From NCBI GenBank assembly GCA_011364985.1, contig RDOC01000003.1, positions 32,001 to 96,000 of the forward strand: 64,000 bases of DNA, read 5' to 3'. Under the pieces are notes generated by a model, which worked only from the letters and a program-made list of their open reading frames with translations, ran no database searches and was not told where the DNA came from. The translations under genes and the position numbers were made by a program. How positions within the stretch are numbered: the stretch's first letter is position 1; each line of letters starts with the position of its first letter. This DNA is from Candidatus Thorarchaeota archaeon. Its GTDB lineage: Archaea > Asgardarchaeota > Thorarchaeia > Thorarchaeales > Thorarchaeaceae. Below, in pieces: positions 48,808-59,156 of the stretch.

Positions 48808-50379
48808 CTACTGCATCTGTCTTTCATCTTCGCGTTTCTTGAACATTCGCCATGAAAGCGTAAGTGTCTTTGGATGTGCTGCGGTATACTCATCGAGTTT
48901 GCGAAGAGCAGTAGAGTGTGGTGCCTCCATCACAATAGAGGGCGACTCATAGGCTTCCTTTGAAATCTGTTCCATTGCAGCGATGAAGAGGTCGAGTTCC
49001 TCCTTTGACTCGGTTTCTGTTGGTTCTATCATCAATGCCTCCGGAACAATGAGGGGGAAATAGACTGTAGGTGAATGTATTCCAAAATCAAGTAGACGCT
49101 TTGCCACATGCATGGTAGACACTCCAGTTTCATCATGGAGCTGCTCTGCAGAAATAACGCATTCATGCATCCTTGGAGCATCTTGAGAGTAGGGCAAGGT
49201 AAATCCTTTGATTTTTCTCACATGGTATGCTACATAGTTTGCATTCAGGACGGCATTCTCTGCAACACTAGAGATTCCTTGTTTGCCAAGTGAGTAGATG
49301 TAGCTATATGCCTTTACGAGAACTCCGAAGTTCCCGTAGAACCCATGTATTTTTCCAATAGACCTTGGTCTATCATACATCCATTTGAAAGCGCCATCAT
49401 CATCCTTGATAATTGTTGGTACTGGAAGGAACTTCTCCAAGTGCTTCTTGACACCTACCGCGCCTGCGCCGGGCCCGCCTCCACCGTGTGGTGTGGAAAA
49501 CGACTTGTGAAGATTCATGTGTACAACATCAAAACCCATGTCACCAGGACGAGTGATTCCCATTATCGCATTTAGATTGGCACCATCGTAATAGAGAAGG
49601 CCTCCAGCATCATGCACAATCCCTGCGATCTGATCTATGTCTTTCTCAAAAACACCAATTGTGTTAGGGTTTGTTAGCATGAGCCCGGCAGTCTTCGGAC
49701 CGGCTGAGGCTCTCAGTGCATCAAGATCAACAAGACCCTCATTACTTGAGGGAAGAACTACAACCTTATAGCCAGCCATGGCTGCAGAGGCGGGATTTGT
49801 TCCGTGGGCAGCGTCCGGAATAAGAATCTCATCGCGTTGTTCACACTCATGTGTTATGCATTTATGGTATTCGCGAATAATCGTGACTCCTGTATATTCG
49901 CCCTGCGCTCCTGCCGCAGGTTGAAGTGTGACTGCATCCATTCCAGTTATCTCTGCCAACCATCGCTGAAGTTCCCACATCAATTCCAATGCACCTTGAC
50001 AGTTGGAAACGTCCTGCAATGGGTGCAGCCATGAGAAGCCAGGAAGAGCGGCTGCCCATTCGCTAATAATAGGATTATACTTCATAGTGCAGCTACCAAG
50101 AGGATATGTACCTGAAGTTACCGAGAAGTTCATCTGAGAGAGTCGTGTGAAGTGGCGAACTACCTGTAATTCTGATAGCTCGGGTAAGATAGGAGGAGTG
50201 GACCGTTGCATCTCTCTTGGAATAACTAGGTCAATGGAACCAATTTCCTTCCTAATACCATCTCGAATCTTTGGATACTTGTGACTTATTTTGCCCTCAA
50301 CAGACTGCTCAAAGAGGAGGGGTTCCATCCACTTCGCCTGCCTAAACCGTGAATCGAGATCATCCATTCCCTTGGCCAC
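48808..50379 (-). CDS. gcvPB: glycine dehydrogenase subunit 2
   Basis: YPLGSCTMKYNP and NLHKSFSTPHGGGGPG. Confidence 0.96.
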   Translation of the reverse strand: MAKGMDDLDSRFRQAKWMEPLLFEQSVEGKISHKYPKIRDGIRKEIGSIDLVIPREMQRSTPPILPELSELQVVRHFTRLSQMNFSVTSGTYPLGSCTMKYNPIISEWAAALPGFSWLHPLQDVSNCQGALELMWELQRWLAEITGMDAVTLQPAAGAQGEYTGVTIIREYHKCITHECEQRDEILIPDAAHGTNPASAAMAGYKVVVLPSSNEGLVDLDALRASAGPKTAGLMLTNPNTIGVFEKDIDQIAGIVHDAGGLLYYDGANLNAIMGITRPGDMGFDVVHMNLHKSFSTPHGGGGPGAGAVGVKKHLEKFLPVPTIIKDDDGAFKWMYDRPRSIGKIHGFYGNFGVLVKAYSYIYSLGKQGISSVAENAVLNANYVAYHVRKIKGFTLPYSQDAPRMHECVISAEQLHDETGVSTMHVAKRLLDFGIHSPTVYFPLIVPEALMIEPTETESKEELDLFIAAMEQISKEAYESPSIVMEAPHSTALRKLDEYTAAHPKTLTLSWRMFKKREDERQMQ

Positions 50380-51779
50380 TACGTAGCACCTCCCTCATGA
50401 ACAATCTCTGCGACACAAGATGCCATCTCATCTATGACTTCTTTGGAGTGTTTTTCAGTTACACAGAACAGCATTGATTCCCCAAGTTCGGGAAACTCCT
50501 CTGTTAGTATCTTGCCACCATGCAAGTTTCTCTTTAGAAGCCCCTCATGAACGACTTGCGCACTCGTCCCATTTTCAAATCGAACTACAAACTCCTTCCA
50601 GAAGGCGTGACCGATAGCAGGAGCTTTGATGCCTTTGATTTCGTTTAGTTTCTTTGCTGCATAGTGAGACTTGTACGCTACTGCTTCGCCCAAATCCCGG
50701 AACGCACTTGGGCCCATAATCGCTGTGTAGACTGCTGCAGTAACTGCCATCAACGCCTGGTTAGAACAGATATTGCTGGTTGCCTTCTCCCTTCTGATGT
50801 GCTGTTCTCTCGGACTGAGTGTCAGCACATATCCACGTTCATATGGTTCTTCTTCGGTACGTGTCATTCCTACAAGTCGCCCAGGGAGCTGTCTTATGAG
50901 CTTCATATCATCCTTGCAGCCAAATACACCAAGAAATGGTCCCCCAAAGGAAACAGGAGAACCCAAGCCTTGTCCCTCGCCCACCACAATGTCAGCATCA
51001 TAGTCACCGGGAGCTCTGAGAATACCCAGAGACATGATGTCCGCACCAACGACGAACAGAACATCTGCATCATGAACCAAATCCGCTATCCTATCAACTT
51101 GACTTTCTATTAACCCTAGATAGGACGGATTCTCGATGTATACTCCAGCAACACCATTATTGAGCTTTGATTCAAGATCATCTAAGGACATTAGTCCTGT
51201 CTGCGTATCAAAATCCACCTTCTGAAGTTCTATTTCAAGAGGGTCTGTATAGGTCTTGGATACTCGGTAGTGGGAAGGATTGATTGATGCCGGTAGGAGA
51301 AACTTGGTGCGTCCCTTCTTTACGCGAGCACACATCAGGATTGCTTCAGCAAGACCACTAGCCATGTCATACATGCTGCTATTGACTACATCTACACGCA
51401 GTAGCTCAGCCATCATGCTTTGATATTCGAAAAGCGTCTGAAGCATTCCCTGACTAGTCTCTGGTTGATAACTGGTATAGGATGTAACGAGCTCTGATCG
51501 ACCTGCCAATGCAGGAACAGCAGCGGGGATGTAGTGCAGTGAGGCCCCAGCACCAAGGAAGACACGCCCATTGTCTGCAGACTTATTCCTAGATGCGAGT
51601 TCAGTGAGCCTCTGAACGACTTCCATCTCAGAATGAGAATCCGGCAATTCCAGTTCGTACTTAAGCCGGAATTCAGAGGGAATATTAGAAAAGAGGTCGC
51701 CAATCTCTTTCTTTCCCATGGATTGAAGCATCTCAGCTCGAATCTCTTCTGTCATTGGAATCCAAGGATGTTTCTCCAT
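50379..51779 (-). CDS. gcvPA: glycine dehydrogenase subunit 1
   Basis: YTSYQPETSQG and REQHIRREKATSNICSNQ. Confidence 0.96.
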   Translation of the reverse strand: MEKHPWIPMTEEIRAEMLQSMGKKEIGDLFSNIPSEFRLKYELELPDSHSEMEVVQRLTELASRNKSADNGRVFLGAGASLHYIPAAVPALAGRSELVTSYTSYQPETSQGMLQTLFEYQSMMAELLRVDVVNSSMYDMASGLAEAILMCARVKKGRTKFLLPASINPSHYRVSKTYTDPLEIELQKVDFDTQTGLMSLDDLESKLNNGVAGVYIENPSYLGLIESQVDRIADLVHDADVLFVVGADIMSLGILRAPGDYDADIVVGEGQGLGSPVSFGGPFLGVFGCKDDMKLIRQLPGRLVGMTRTEEEPYERGYVLTLSPREQHIRREKATSNICSNQALMAVTAAVYTAIMGPSAFRDLGEAVAYKSHYAAKKLNEIKGIKAPAIGHAFWKEFVVRFENGTSAQVVHEGLLKRNLHGGKILTEEFPELGESMLFCVTEKHSKEVIDEMASCVAEIVHEGGAT

Positions 51780-51918
51780 GCTATCATCAGCCTCATTTTG
51801 GCATTGCGCTTGTCCTGAACTTCCCCCAAAATAGGCTTTCGTTTCGAGCTCTTTTTGGGAAAGTAGAGAAACCTCGAATAGTTTTTAACAATATGAAAGT
51901 AACTCGCGACCCGAGCAA

Positions 51919-52251
51919 GTGGAGGTATCAGTGGTGAAACCGTGGCTCATGGATCTGCTCATCTGCCCTGCAAAAGAATGTGGAGGGAATCTCTCAATCG
52001 AGATTTTCGAAAAGCATCAAGAGAAGATTGGAGAAGAGAGCTTTGAGGAGATTGATGAAGCCCTCATCATCTGCCAAAAATGTGGACGCTGGTATCCTGT
52101 CATTGATACAATACCCTGTATGCTTCCGGATGATTTGAGGATGGAGGGAAAGCAGAGAATTGAAGAAACCAGATTTCTAGAGAGATGGAAAAGTAGAATT
52201 CCGCCTGGAATCATTGAAGAGGGCATTCCCTTCGGTCTATTGTCAGAGTAG
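51919..52251 (+). CDS. Trm112 family protein
   Basis: LMDLLICP...CQKCGRWYPVID.IP.ML. Confidence 0.88.
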   Translation: MEVSVVKPWLMDLLICPAKECGGNLSIEIFEKHQEKIGEESFEEIDEALIICQKCGRWYPVIDTIPCMLPDDLRMEGKQRIEETRFLERWKSRIPPGIIEEGIPFGLLSE

Positions 52252-52354
52252 AGGCGTTTTCGTCCCGAGTAATCGCGAAGGATAGACAAGCTAAGGGATG
52301 CTTAGAATACTTTTTAATGTGAAAAAGAAGCCTGTCATTAGATTTCATGGCACT

Positions 52355-52430
52355 AGCCCCGTGGTGTAGCGGTCCAGCATAATGGGTTTTGGCCTCATTG
52401 ACGGAGGTTCAAATCCTCCCGGGGCTACCA
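52355..52430 (+). tRNA. tRNA-Gln(TTG)
   Basis: AGCCCCG/CGGGGCT acceptor, loop TTTTGGC, encoded CCA. Confidence 0.95.
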
Positions 52431-52435
52431 CTTCT

Positions 52436-52924
52436 CTAATATTTGAACTTGTAATTGCCCACTTGTACCGTTGAAAAATTCTTCTCTCCTGTCCAAGGTC
52501 TACGTATCTCAACAAGGTTTAGAACATTGTATCCTCGCTTCTTTAGAAACAGAATGATTCCATCATTATTCGGGTGTATCCAATTATAGACCGTTTCAGA
52601 GCCTAGCTTCTCAACAAGTTGTTCAGCCTTGGCATACAAAGCTGACCCAATACCCCTTCTTCGTTCTGATTCCTTTACAAACAAGGACTCTGCCCATACG
52701 ATATCTTGGTCAATTCGACAAACTAAGTAACCAAGTATATTCCTATAATCATCTGCGACATAGATGCAGTACTTGGAAGACATGTATTCTCCTAGTTCAA
52801 TACTTGCCAATTCGAAATCAGGATTCTTTGTGACCGACTTAAGACTCGAAAGGAATACTCGATATTCTGCAATGAGCGGGACAATCTGGTTATTGTCTTC
52901 GGGCCGATATCTTCTGATTTCCAT
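52436..52924 (-). CDS. GNAT acetyltransferase
   Basis: LFVKESERRRGIGSAL and FLKKRGY. Confidence 0.88.
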   Translation of the reverse strand: MEIRRYRPEDNNQIVPLIAEYRVFLSSLKSVTKNPDFELASIELGEYMSSKYCIYVADDYRNILGYLVCRIDQDIVWAESLFVKESERRRGIGSALYAKAEQLVEKLGSETVYNWIHPNNDGIILFLKKRGYNVLNLVEIRRPWTGEKNFSTVQVGNYKFKY

Positions 52925-52977
52925 GAGCGAAGCCTAGACTTTCTTAATAAGTGCCTTTGGTTTCGATGGAGAGTGGT

Positions 52978-53823
52978 CTATTCCTTTTCTCTCACAATTG
53001 GCTGGGCATCTTCAGTCATATGAACCCTGAAAAGCCTCTTGACCTGAGATAGAACAAGGCGATTACCATTGACTAGTACATCTATCTCTACATGGTCACT
53101 AAGACCAGAAGTGGACAGTTTCTTCTCAAGCACAGCCTGTACCTGAAAGACACCAGCAGGATTGTCCATGCCAACGGTGAATCGAAGTGGCTTGTTACCT
53201 CTGTCAAGGTCAAGGTTTCGAATCGCCATAGCACTAACAGAGTGGATGTCAACCTTTCCCTTATGATAGGGGATGATTGTTCTACCCTTGGTAAGATCGC
53301 ACCCGTCTCCTATCTTTGTAAGTCCAGCTTCAAGCGTTAGGCACTGCGTGTCATCATCATGTGCATATATTCCATGGAGAATGAAGCTCATGATATCCGT
53401 GGCTACTGCCGGGTCAGAATAGATTTCCTTGAGCTTCTCTTCGAGAATGGGAGCAGCCAGAAGAATTGCAGCTTGAGGATGTTCGTTCCTATGAACAACC
53501 ATTCCGATATCATGGAGGTAGGTTGAAGCTAACACAACCAGACGGGCATCGTCAGTATCACCTATTCCTTCAGCCACGACATTTGGCTGAAAGGTTTCGT
53601 CAAGAATATCAAATGCTTTCAGAGCATACCATGTGGCAACCTCGGCATGCACAGGACCGTGGTCTGTATAGCCCAGGCGGGATACCGCCATTCGATTTGC
53701 AGTCTTGAGATAAGACTGTACTTTGGGGGAGCCTGATAGATACTGATACATCTCTAATGCCTTGGTATCGCTCTCTAGCAGTTCACGGACTCTTATCTCA
53801 TCGCGATTCAAGGATTCTCTCAT
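52978..53823 (-). CDS. HD-domain phosphohydrolase
   Basis: DHGPVHA, YLHDIG and GDGCD. Confidence 0.88.
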   Translation of the reverse strand: MRESLNRDEIRVRELLESDTKALEMYQYLSGSPKVQSYLKTANRMAVSRLGYTDHGPVHAEVATWYALKAFDILDETFQPNVVAEGIGDTDDARLVVLASTYLHDIGMVVHRNEHPQAAILLAAPILEEKLKEIYSDPAVATDIMSFILHGIYAHDDDTQCLTLEAGLTKIGDGCDLTKGRTIIPYHKGKVDIHSVSAMAIRNLDLDRGNKPLRFTVGMDNPAGVFQVQAVLEKKLSTSGLSDHVEIDVLVNGNRLVLSQVKRLFRVHMTEDAQPIVREKE

Positions 53824-53895
53824 ATCTATGCCCCTTTTGGGGAAGTGCGGTTCTTTCTTTGCTTGATAAGATTTACTAAATAGGACACCAAGGGA

Positions 53896-56868
53896 CTAGA
53901 TGTCCCCTGCTTCTTCCTGAATAGAAAGAAGTGTCCTATCTATTGCAGTCGTGGCCTTCTGAATGGTCTTGAGATAATCTTGGCGAGATTTTTCGAACGC
54001 TGTTGTACTAATTCGTTGCTTCTTCTTGCGAAGCAGAAGCTGCCTCAGCCCAGCTTTCGCACCCTCGATCTTCTCGTTTTGAAGCTCAAGCTGGCCCACC
54101 ATGTCGCGGTATTTTGCGCCATATTTTGAAAGCTCATCCTTGACCTCTGGCAGCCTTGAATCAATCTCCTCAAGCTGTGCCTTCAGATCTCGTTCTCGAA
54201 TCATGAACTCGCGCTTCTTGACCTTCCCTCTTCGTCTTGCAGCCTCAAGTTTGTCTAAGTCCAAGTTTAGCGCAGTCTTCTTTGAATACAGAGTGGCAAA
54301 CTCGCTCAATACTTCCAGTGGAGCACCCACTTGACGCTTCTCTGATGCAGTCTGCAAGTCATCCTCTTCGGACATAACTAATTCGGGTAGTTCTGTCATC
54401 CTATAGGCAATGTATGCTAATGCTACGAGGCAAATAATCATAGAAATCGCAAAAGGCCTTGCGCCAATATTGAGAGTTACTTGATAAAGCATTGTAATGC
54501 TGAGGGGGTTGTACTCACTGACATTATATGTTTCATACCTGAAAATTACATCGAATACGTCATAGAGCAGTCGATAACCTGGAGCTGCCTCAAGTGTGAC
54601 GAAAGAGAAGGGTACAACCACATCAAGAACATGATGCTTCACAAGCATCTCATCAATAGTACCTATCGGAATGGCAAGTAAGTTTGCTCCATCGGCTAGT
54701 TCTTCATGGGCCGATAGCTCGACTACATATTCGATATTGAAGGTGTACTTGAAGCCCGACGATAGACCTTCTTCACCAAAGCGGTCGCTAAGTAGCTCGA
54801 TAGTGACATATTGAGAAGAGTTGAAGTCACCCTTGATGTTAGTCATAGATTCCGCAAGAAGTCCAACTCCATCGTATATCCGAATCTCTGTTGCATAAGT
54901 TGGAAATTGGAAAATCACAGATTCTTCAGGGCTGGGGCCCACGTTATGAAGTGTAATGGTTTCCTTGTAGGCAAGCCAACCCCATGGATCAACACGTACA
55001 ACAGTGTTCTGTTCAGCAAAAAGCTCCGGATCATAAGACGTGAATTGTGCAGTAAACTCCTCTACAGTCATTGGTGAGAGGTTAGTGGTAGTAGTATCGG
55101 GAGCCTCGGTGCCAGATGCTTGCTGGTCACCAGTTTTGTACGTCAATACAAGACTTGCCTTGGTAAGGACATAAGGCACAACTGGATACTTTAGATAGGT
55201 TATGCTGTATTTCTTATTCACCGAACTCAAGAGCGTATCAAGAGAGTGCAGTTGTGTAACGGTGGAAAACACAAAGCTCTCATCATAATCTACCTGCTGG
55301 CTGAAGTGTATCTTCCAGTGAAGCATTCCATTGGGGCTGGGAATATTGGTCATCTTTAGGATAGTTCCTGATGCATCACGTGCTTCAATACTAAGGAAGT
55401 AGGAAGTCCACTTTGCAGGAAGATACAACTCGAGGGCTGAGAAGGGGGTTGAACCGTTATTATGTACAGTAAAGATGTCGCTTACATACGTTCGGTGGTA
55501 GATCTCGGTGATTACCTCACGGCTGACACTTATTTTGGCACCAAGAACAGGAATGTAAGGACGATCTATTGTCACATCGATTTGCACAACACTGCTCATA
55601 TTTGAGGGATCAGTAGCATTGAATGATATCGTGTGGGGACCGTTTTCATACTCTGTCGACTCTAACACTTCCTCCCAAAACCCGGAAAGGAAGTTGTAGG
55701 ACATGTCATTCCAGTTAGAATCATCTATCTTGTACTTTACACTTCGCACATAGGTGTCCGCTGCATCAACCTGGAATGTTTCAAGCAGCCCAAGAACGGC
55801 ACCTTGTGTTGGATGCAGGAGATTGATTTGAGGAGGTACATTTGGTAAGAAGCTCATCAAAGCAGGATATGCCCAGTGTGTGCGCTCCAAAGGTATCTCA
55901 TTGAAGTCTTCAGTAGAGCCATACATGAAAATGAAAGGATATACCAAGTCGGGATCTGCAATCAAAGAGATGTCATTTGTATCTGTGCTGTTCATAACGA
56001 TGACATACTCGATTATTGTAGTCGATCCCGTGTCAGATGCATTCACGGCCACAATCCGACTCTGATTCTCATCTTCGAGGTGCTGGAGAGTACTTACCCC
56101 ATGCTGGTCATTATAGACAACTTGGCTGCTGAGAGCGGGATCTTCTGTATGAGTCAGGTCATTTCTAGTAATTCGAGTGAGTGTAATCACATATTCGAGG
56201 TCTTGACCGTATAGCTCGTGGCTGGGAGAAGTATAGGCCTGATCTGCTGGGATAATGAAATGGCGCACCTCTCCAATTCTCATGCCATAAATCATGTCTT
56301 TGTACATCTGAAGACAAGACAGCTTCTCCAATTGCTCAGTAGACTCGATTGAGGGGTAGTCATTTTCTTGATATACTGTTCCATTGCGTAACGATAGAAC
56401 ATAATGCACGGTTACAATGTCGGTACCAATTACCCTCCAGTAGTCCTCAGAAGGAGTACCTGGAGCATATCCGTAGACCAAGTCGCTATTGTTCAGACCG
56501 GCAACAGAGAATGAATCGGTATAGTTCTGCCAACCAAAGCCAATCCAGCCGGATGTATTTGCCAAAAGGCCAATGTAGAGCGTAGTTCCATTGTGTTCGA
56601 TATAGGCAGTGATTCCAGTACTCGGATCTGTATAGTCGCTTGCGTATTCGTAGGGGTCAATGATACCATCAGCTGAACCATAGTGCTTGTCCACGTAGGG
56701 AATCGTGAGATTGTTTGCTGATTCTGCAATGGACTGCTGCACAGAGTTCACGACGAAGGTATCTTCAACCGTTAGATTATCAGGAGCAGATACTAATGTC
56801 ATTGTACTGGTAGTCACAAACAAAGCCAGTAGCACAATTGTTGCAATTCTTCTATACAGCAAGCTCAA
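53896..56868 (-). CDS. ribophorin-I (OST1)-like membrane protein with N-terminal DOMON, FKBP-like and Ig-like domains
   Basis: Signal peptide; TSGWIGFG (DOMON); VTVHY...GMRIGEVRHFIIPADQAY (FKBP); VRVDPWG..YKETITLHN (ribophorin-like); TM; C-terminal coiled coil. Confidence 0.65.
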   Translation of the reverse strand: MSLLYRRIATIVLLALFVTTSTMTLVSAPDNLTVEDTFVVNSVQQSIAESANNLTIPYVDKHYGSADGIIDPYEYASDYTDPSTGITAYIEHNGTTLYIGLLANTSGWIGFGWQNYTDSFSVAGLNNSDLVYGYAPGTPSEDYWRVIGTDIVTVHYVLSLRNGTVYQENDYPSIESTEQLEKLSCLQMYKDMIYGMRIGEVRHFIIPADQAYTSPSHELYGQDLEYVITLTRITRNDLTHTEDPALSSQVVYNDQHGVSTLQHLEDENQSRIVAVNASDTGSTTIIEYVIVMNSTDTNDISLIADPDLVYPFIFMYGSTEDFNEIPLERTHWAYPALMSFLPNVPPQINLLHPTQGAVLGLLETFQVDAADTYVRSVKYKIDDSNWNDMSYNFLSGFWEEVLESTEYENGPHTISFNATDPSNMSSVVQIDVTIDRPYIPVLGAKISVSREVITEIYHRTYVSDIFTVHNNGSTPFSALELYLPAKWTSYFLSIEARDASGTILKMTNIPSPNGMLHWKIHFSQQVDYDESFVFSTVTQLHSLDTLLSSVNKKYSITYLKYPVVPYVLTKASLVLTYKTGDQQASGTEAPDTTTTNLSPMTVEEFTAQFTSYDPELFAEQNTVVRVDPWGWLAYKETITLHNVGPSPEESVIFQFPTYATEIRIYDGVGLLAESMTNIKGDFNSSQYVTIELLSDRFGEEGLSSGFKYTFNIEYVVELSAHEELADGANLLAIPIGTIDEMLVKHHVLDVVVPFSFVTLEAAPGYRLLYDVFDVIFRYETYNVSEYNPLSITMLYQVTLNIGARPFAISMIICLVALAYIAYRMTELPELVMSEEDDLQTASEKRQVGAPLEVLSEFATLYSKKTALNLDLDKLEAARRRGKVKKREFMIRERDLKAQLEEIDSRLPEVKDELSKYGAKYRDMVGQLELQNEKIEGAKAGLRQLLLRKKKQRISTTAFEKSRQDYLKTIQKATTAIDRTLLSIQEEAGDI

Positions 56869-57071
56869 TCCGAATCACCATGTTGTTATGGGGTCGAAGC
56901 AGACTATAGTCTTGTCTAGCCACAAACGAATCGCTCGAATTTCGAGAGTCGTTAAATAGATTTCGTACCATCAAGCAATGCACTATTACCAATCCACAAA
57001 TCTCAAGAGCCAACCTGATTCCGGAAATATGAAATGAAATCAGATTTCGCCCTGAGACAGGAGACGAAGAT

Positions 57072-58091
57072 ATGCTACAAATCATTCTCGCCATAGTAAT
57101 TGCTTTTCTCGTGGTGTTTCTCTCGATACCAAGGACTATTGAAATCCTGAAAGAGAAAGGGATCATCGGCGTAGATGTCCATAAACCAAATCAGCCTGAG
57201 GTGGCAAAGGGTGGTGGTTTCATCGTTCTCTTCGCCATTGTAGCTGCCCTCTTGGTTGTGATAGGCTTCATCCGATTTCAAGCTCAAGAGGTGAACTCTG
57301 GATTACTTGCTGCTCTTGTATCCATTCTTATGGCTGGGATGATAGGTCTCCTAGATGATATCTTGGATTTCAATACTCGAACAAAAATTGTTCTCCCGCT
57401 TATAGCATCAATTCCAATGCTAGTGATGCAAGTGGGAACTACGACAATGTCCATTCCAATTATCGGAACCGTTGACTTAGGAGTGATCTACCCACTCGTG
57501 ATTGTTCCCTTAATGATGACATTCATAATTGACTCAACAAATATGTATGGCGGCATGAATGGGCTTGAAACTGGATTAGCAACCATTAATGCATCATCCC
57601 TATTGCTCTACATTCTCTTCGCTCCTCTTTTCACAAATGTTGAGAACACATCTCAATTGATGGATGCTGGAATTGTATCGGGAGCATTACTTGGTGCCGC
57701 ACTTGCCTTCATGTTCTTCAACAAATGCCCAGCAAGAATTCTGCCTGGTGATGTTGGTAGACTTCCACTTGGGGCGACAATGGCAGCTGCATTGATTCTG
57801 GGAAATATGGATCGACTCGCTGTGATTCTATACATACCCTTTTTGATTAACTTCATGTTGTACTTGCTTTATCGAATTCATGTGAAGCGCACCAGAATGG
57901 AATATATCAAGTTCGCAACTCCTCGTAATGATGGAACACTAGAAGTCCCAGGTCCGTTCACTATGTACTGGTTATTGCCGTATCTATCAAATGGAATTAC
58001 TGAAAAGAGGAATGTGATCTTGCTTCTTCTATTGCAGGCCATTCTAGCATATGGCGGTGTCGTAATTCTTCTCTTTGGAATTCCATTCTAA
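57072..58091 (+). CDS. polyprenyl-phosphate GlcNAc-1-P transferase (MraY/GPT family, AglH-like)
   Basis: GVDVHK, GLLDD, NMYGGMNGL and ILPGDVG. Confidence 0.88.
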   Translation: MLQIILAIVIAFLVVFLSIPRTIEILKEKGIIGVDVHKPNQPEVAKGGGFIVLFAIVAALLVVIGFIRFQAQEVNSGLLAALVSILMAGMIGLLDDILDFNTRTKIVLPLIASIPMLVMQVGTTTMSIPIIGTVDLGVIYPLVIVPLMMTFIIDSTNMYGGMNGLETGLATINASSLLLYILFAPLFTNVENTSQLMDAGIVSGALLGAALAFMFFNKCPARILPGDVGRLPLGATMAAALILGNMDRLAVILYIPFLINFMLYLLYRIHVKRTRMEYIKFATPRNDGTLEVPGPFTMYWLLPYLSNGITEKRNVILLLLLQAILAYGGVVILLFGIPF

Positions 58092-58100
58092 GTGGATTGC

Positions 58101-59156
58101 TTAGGGAAGTTTCTCTTTAAGATAGGTATCGACAACATAATCCATTCCATGTCTGCTGAAAGCCTGTTGCTCTGCCTTAGAACGAAGTTCTCGGAAGGCC
58201 TTGATATAATCCTGCCAGACAGGTCCCGCATATCGAACGTCATGAAGAAGCTCATCGAGACGTTTTAGGTCTGCATTGTTCATCGGTTCTGTGGGAAGGC
58301 TGTGATTCACTATGTCGCTAGGCGTGACACCAATCCACTCAGCATCAGGTACGGCTAATCCTCTTAGATGCGCAGAATTCGCACTGCCACCGATTATGAC
58401 ACGAGCTATATGCATTCCCCATGGGTCACCGTCTGTGAATATGAAGATGGGCAGTTCCAGCTCCTCACGAAGTCTCCTCATTAGACTACGTGTAGCTCTT
58501 GGCGGCTGTCCTCCAAGATGAATAAGGACCGCCTGATATCGCTTCCAAGCTCCTGTTTCTATTAGCCTGGAAAACATCCCACCTGACTCAATAGCAAGAA
58601 TGATCTCTGCTGAGGCATCCACAGGCTTAGCAGTCATCAAGGCACGACCTATGGGAAATCCATCAGGACTTGCAGTGAGGCAGACCTCCTGATTCTCGTA
58701 TCCTGATACTGTGTAACGCATTCTTACATCGCCAAATATGGAGGAACGCTCTTCAGGAAATATCCCAAAGTTCTCCCTTGCGAGTCCAGTGAGTGTTTCT
58801 AGATCAGTAACAATTCTGTCAGATTCGGCTTGGTTCGAGAATTTTACTCCATAGGCCTCGCTGGAATAATAGAGATCTCGAAGCGAACTTGTCCGTTGAG
58901 CACTTGTCAACTTTTTTGCAAAATAGGCAACCCATATCAATTGTGCAAAGCTTCTTACATGCCTGAGATTGCTTGAGTCGCGAGTGGTACTGGAATCACC
59001 AAGAACGAATTGATTGGTTACGCCATCATAGACAATGTTATCTGTGCTGCGATCAGGGAAATGGAGAGATGGAAATTCGCCTTCAAGAATTGCATCCATA
59101 ACATCTCGCCCTATTGATGTGAGCGTCTTCACTGTACTTTCTTTACTCATCTTCAC
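58101..59156 (-). CDS. top6A: DNA topoisomerase VI subunit A
   Basis: LRDLYY, IESGG, TDGDPWG and KAEQQA. Confidence 0.93.
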   Translation of the reverse strand: MKMSKESTVKTLTSIGRDVMDAILEGEFPSLHFPDRSTDNIVYDGVTNQFVLGDSSTTRDSSNLRHVRSFAQLIWVAYFAKKLTSAQRTSSLRDLYYSSEAYGVKFSNQAESDRIVTDLETLTGLARENFGIFPEERSSIFGDVRMRYTVSGYENQEVCLTASPDGFPIGRALMTAKPVDASAEIILAIESGGMFSRLIETGAWKRYQAVLIHLGGQPPRATRSLMRRLREELELPIFIFTDGDPWGMHIARVIIGGSANSAHLRGLAVPDAEWIGVTPSDIVNHSLPTEPMNNADLKRLDELLHDVRYAGPVWQDYIKAFRELRSKAEQQAFSRHGMDYVVDTYLKEKLP

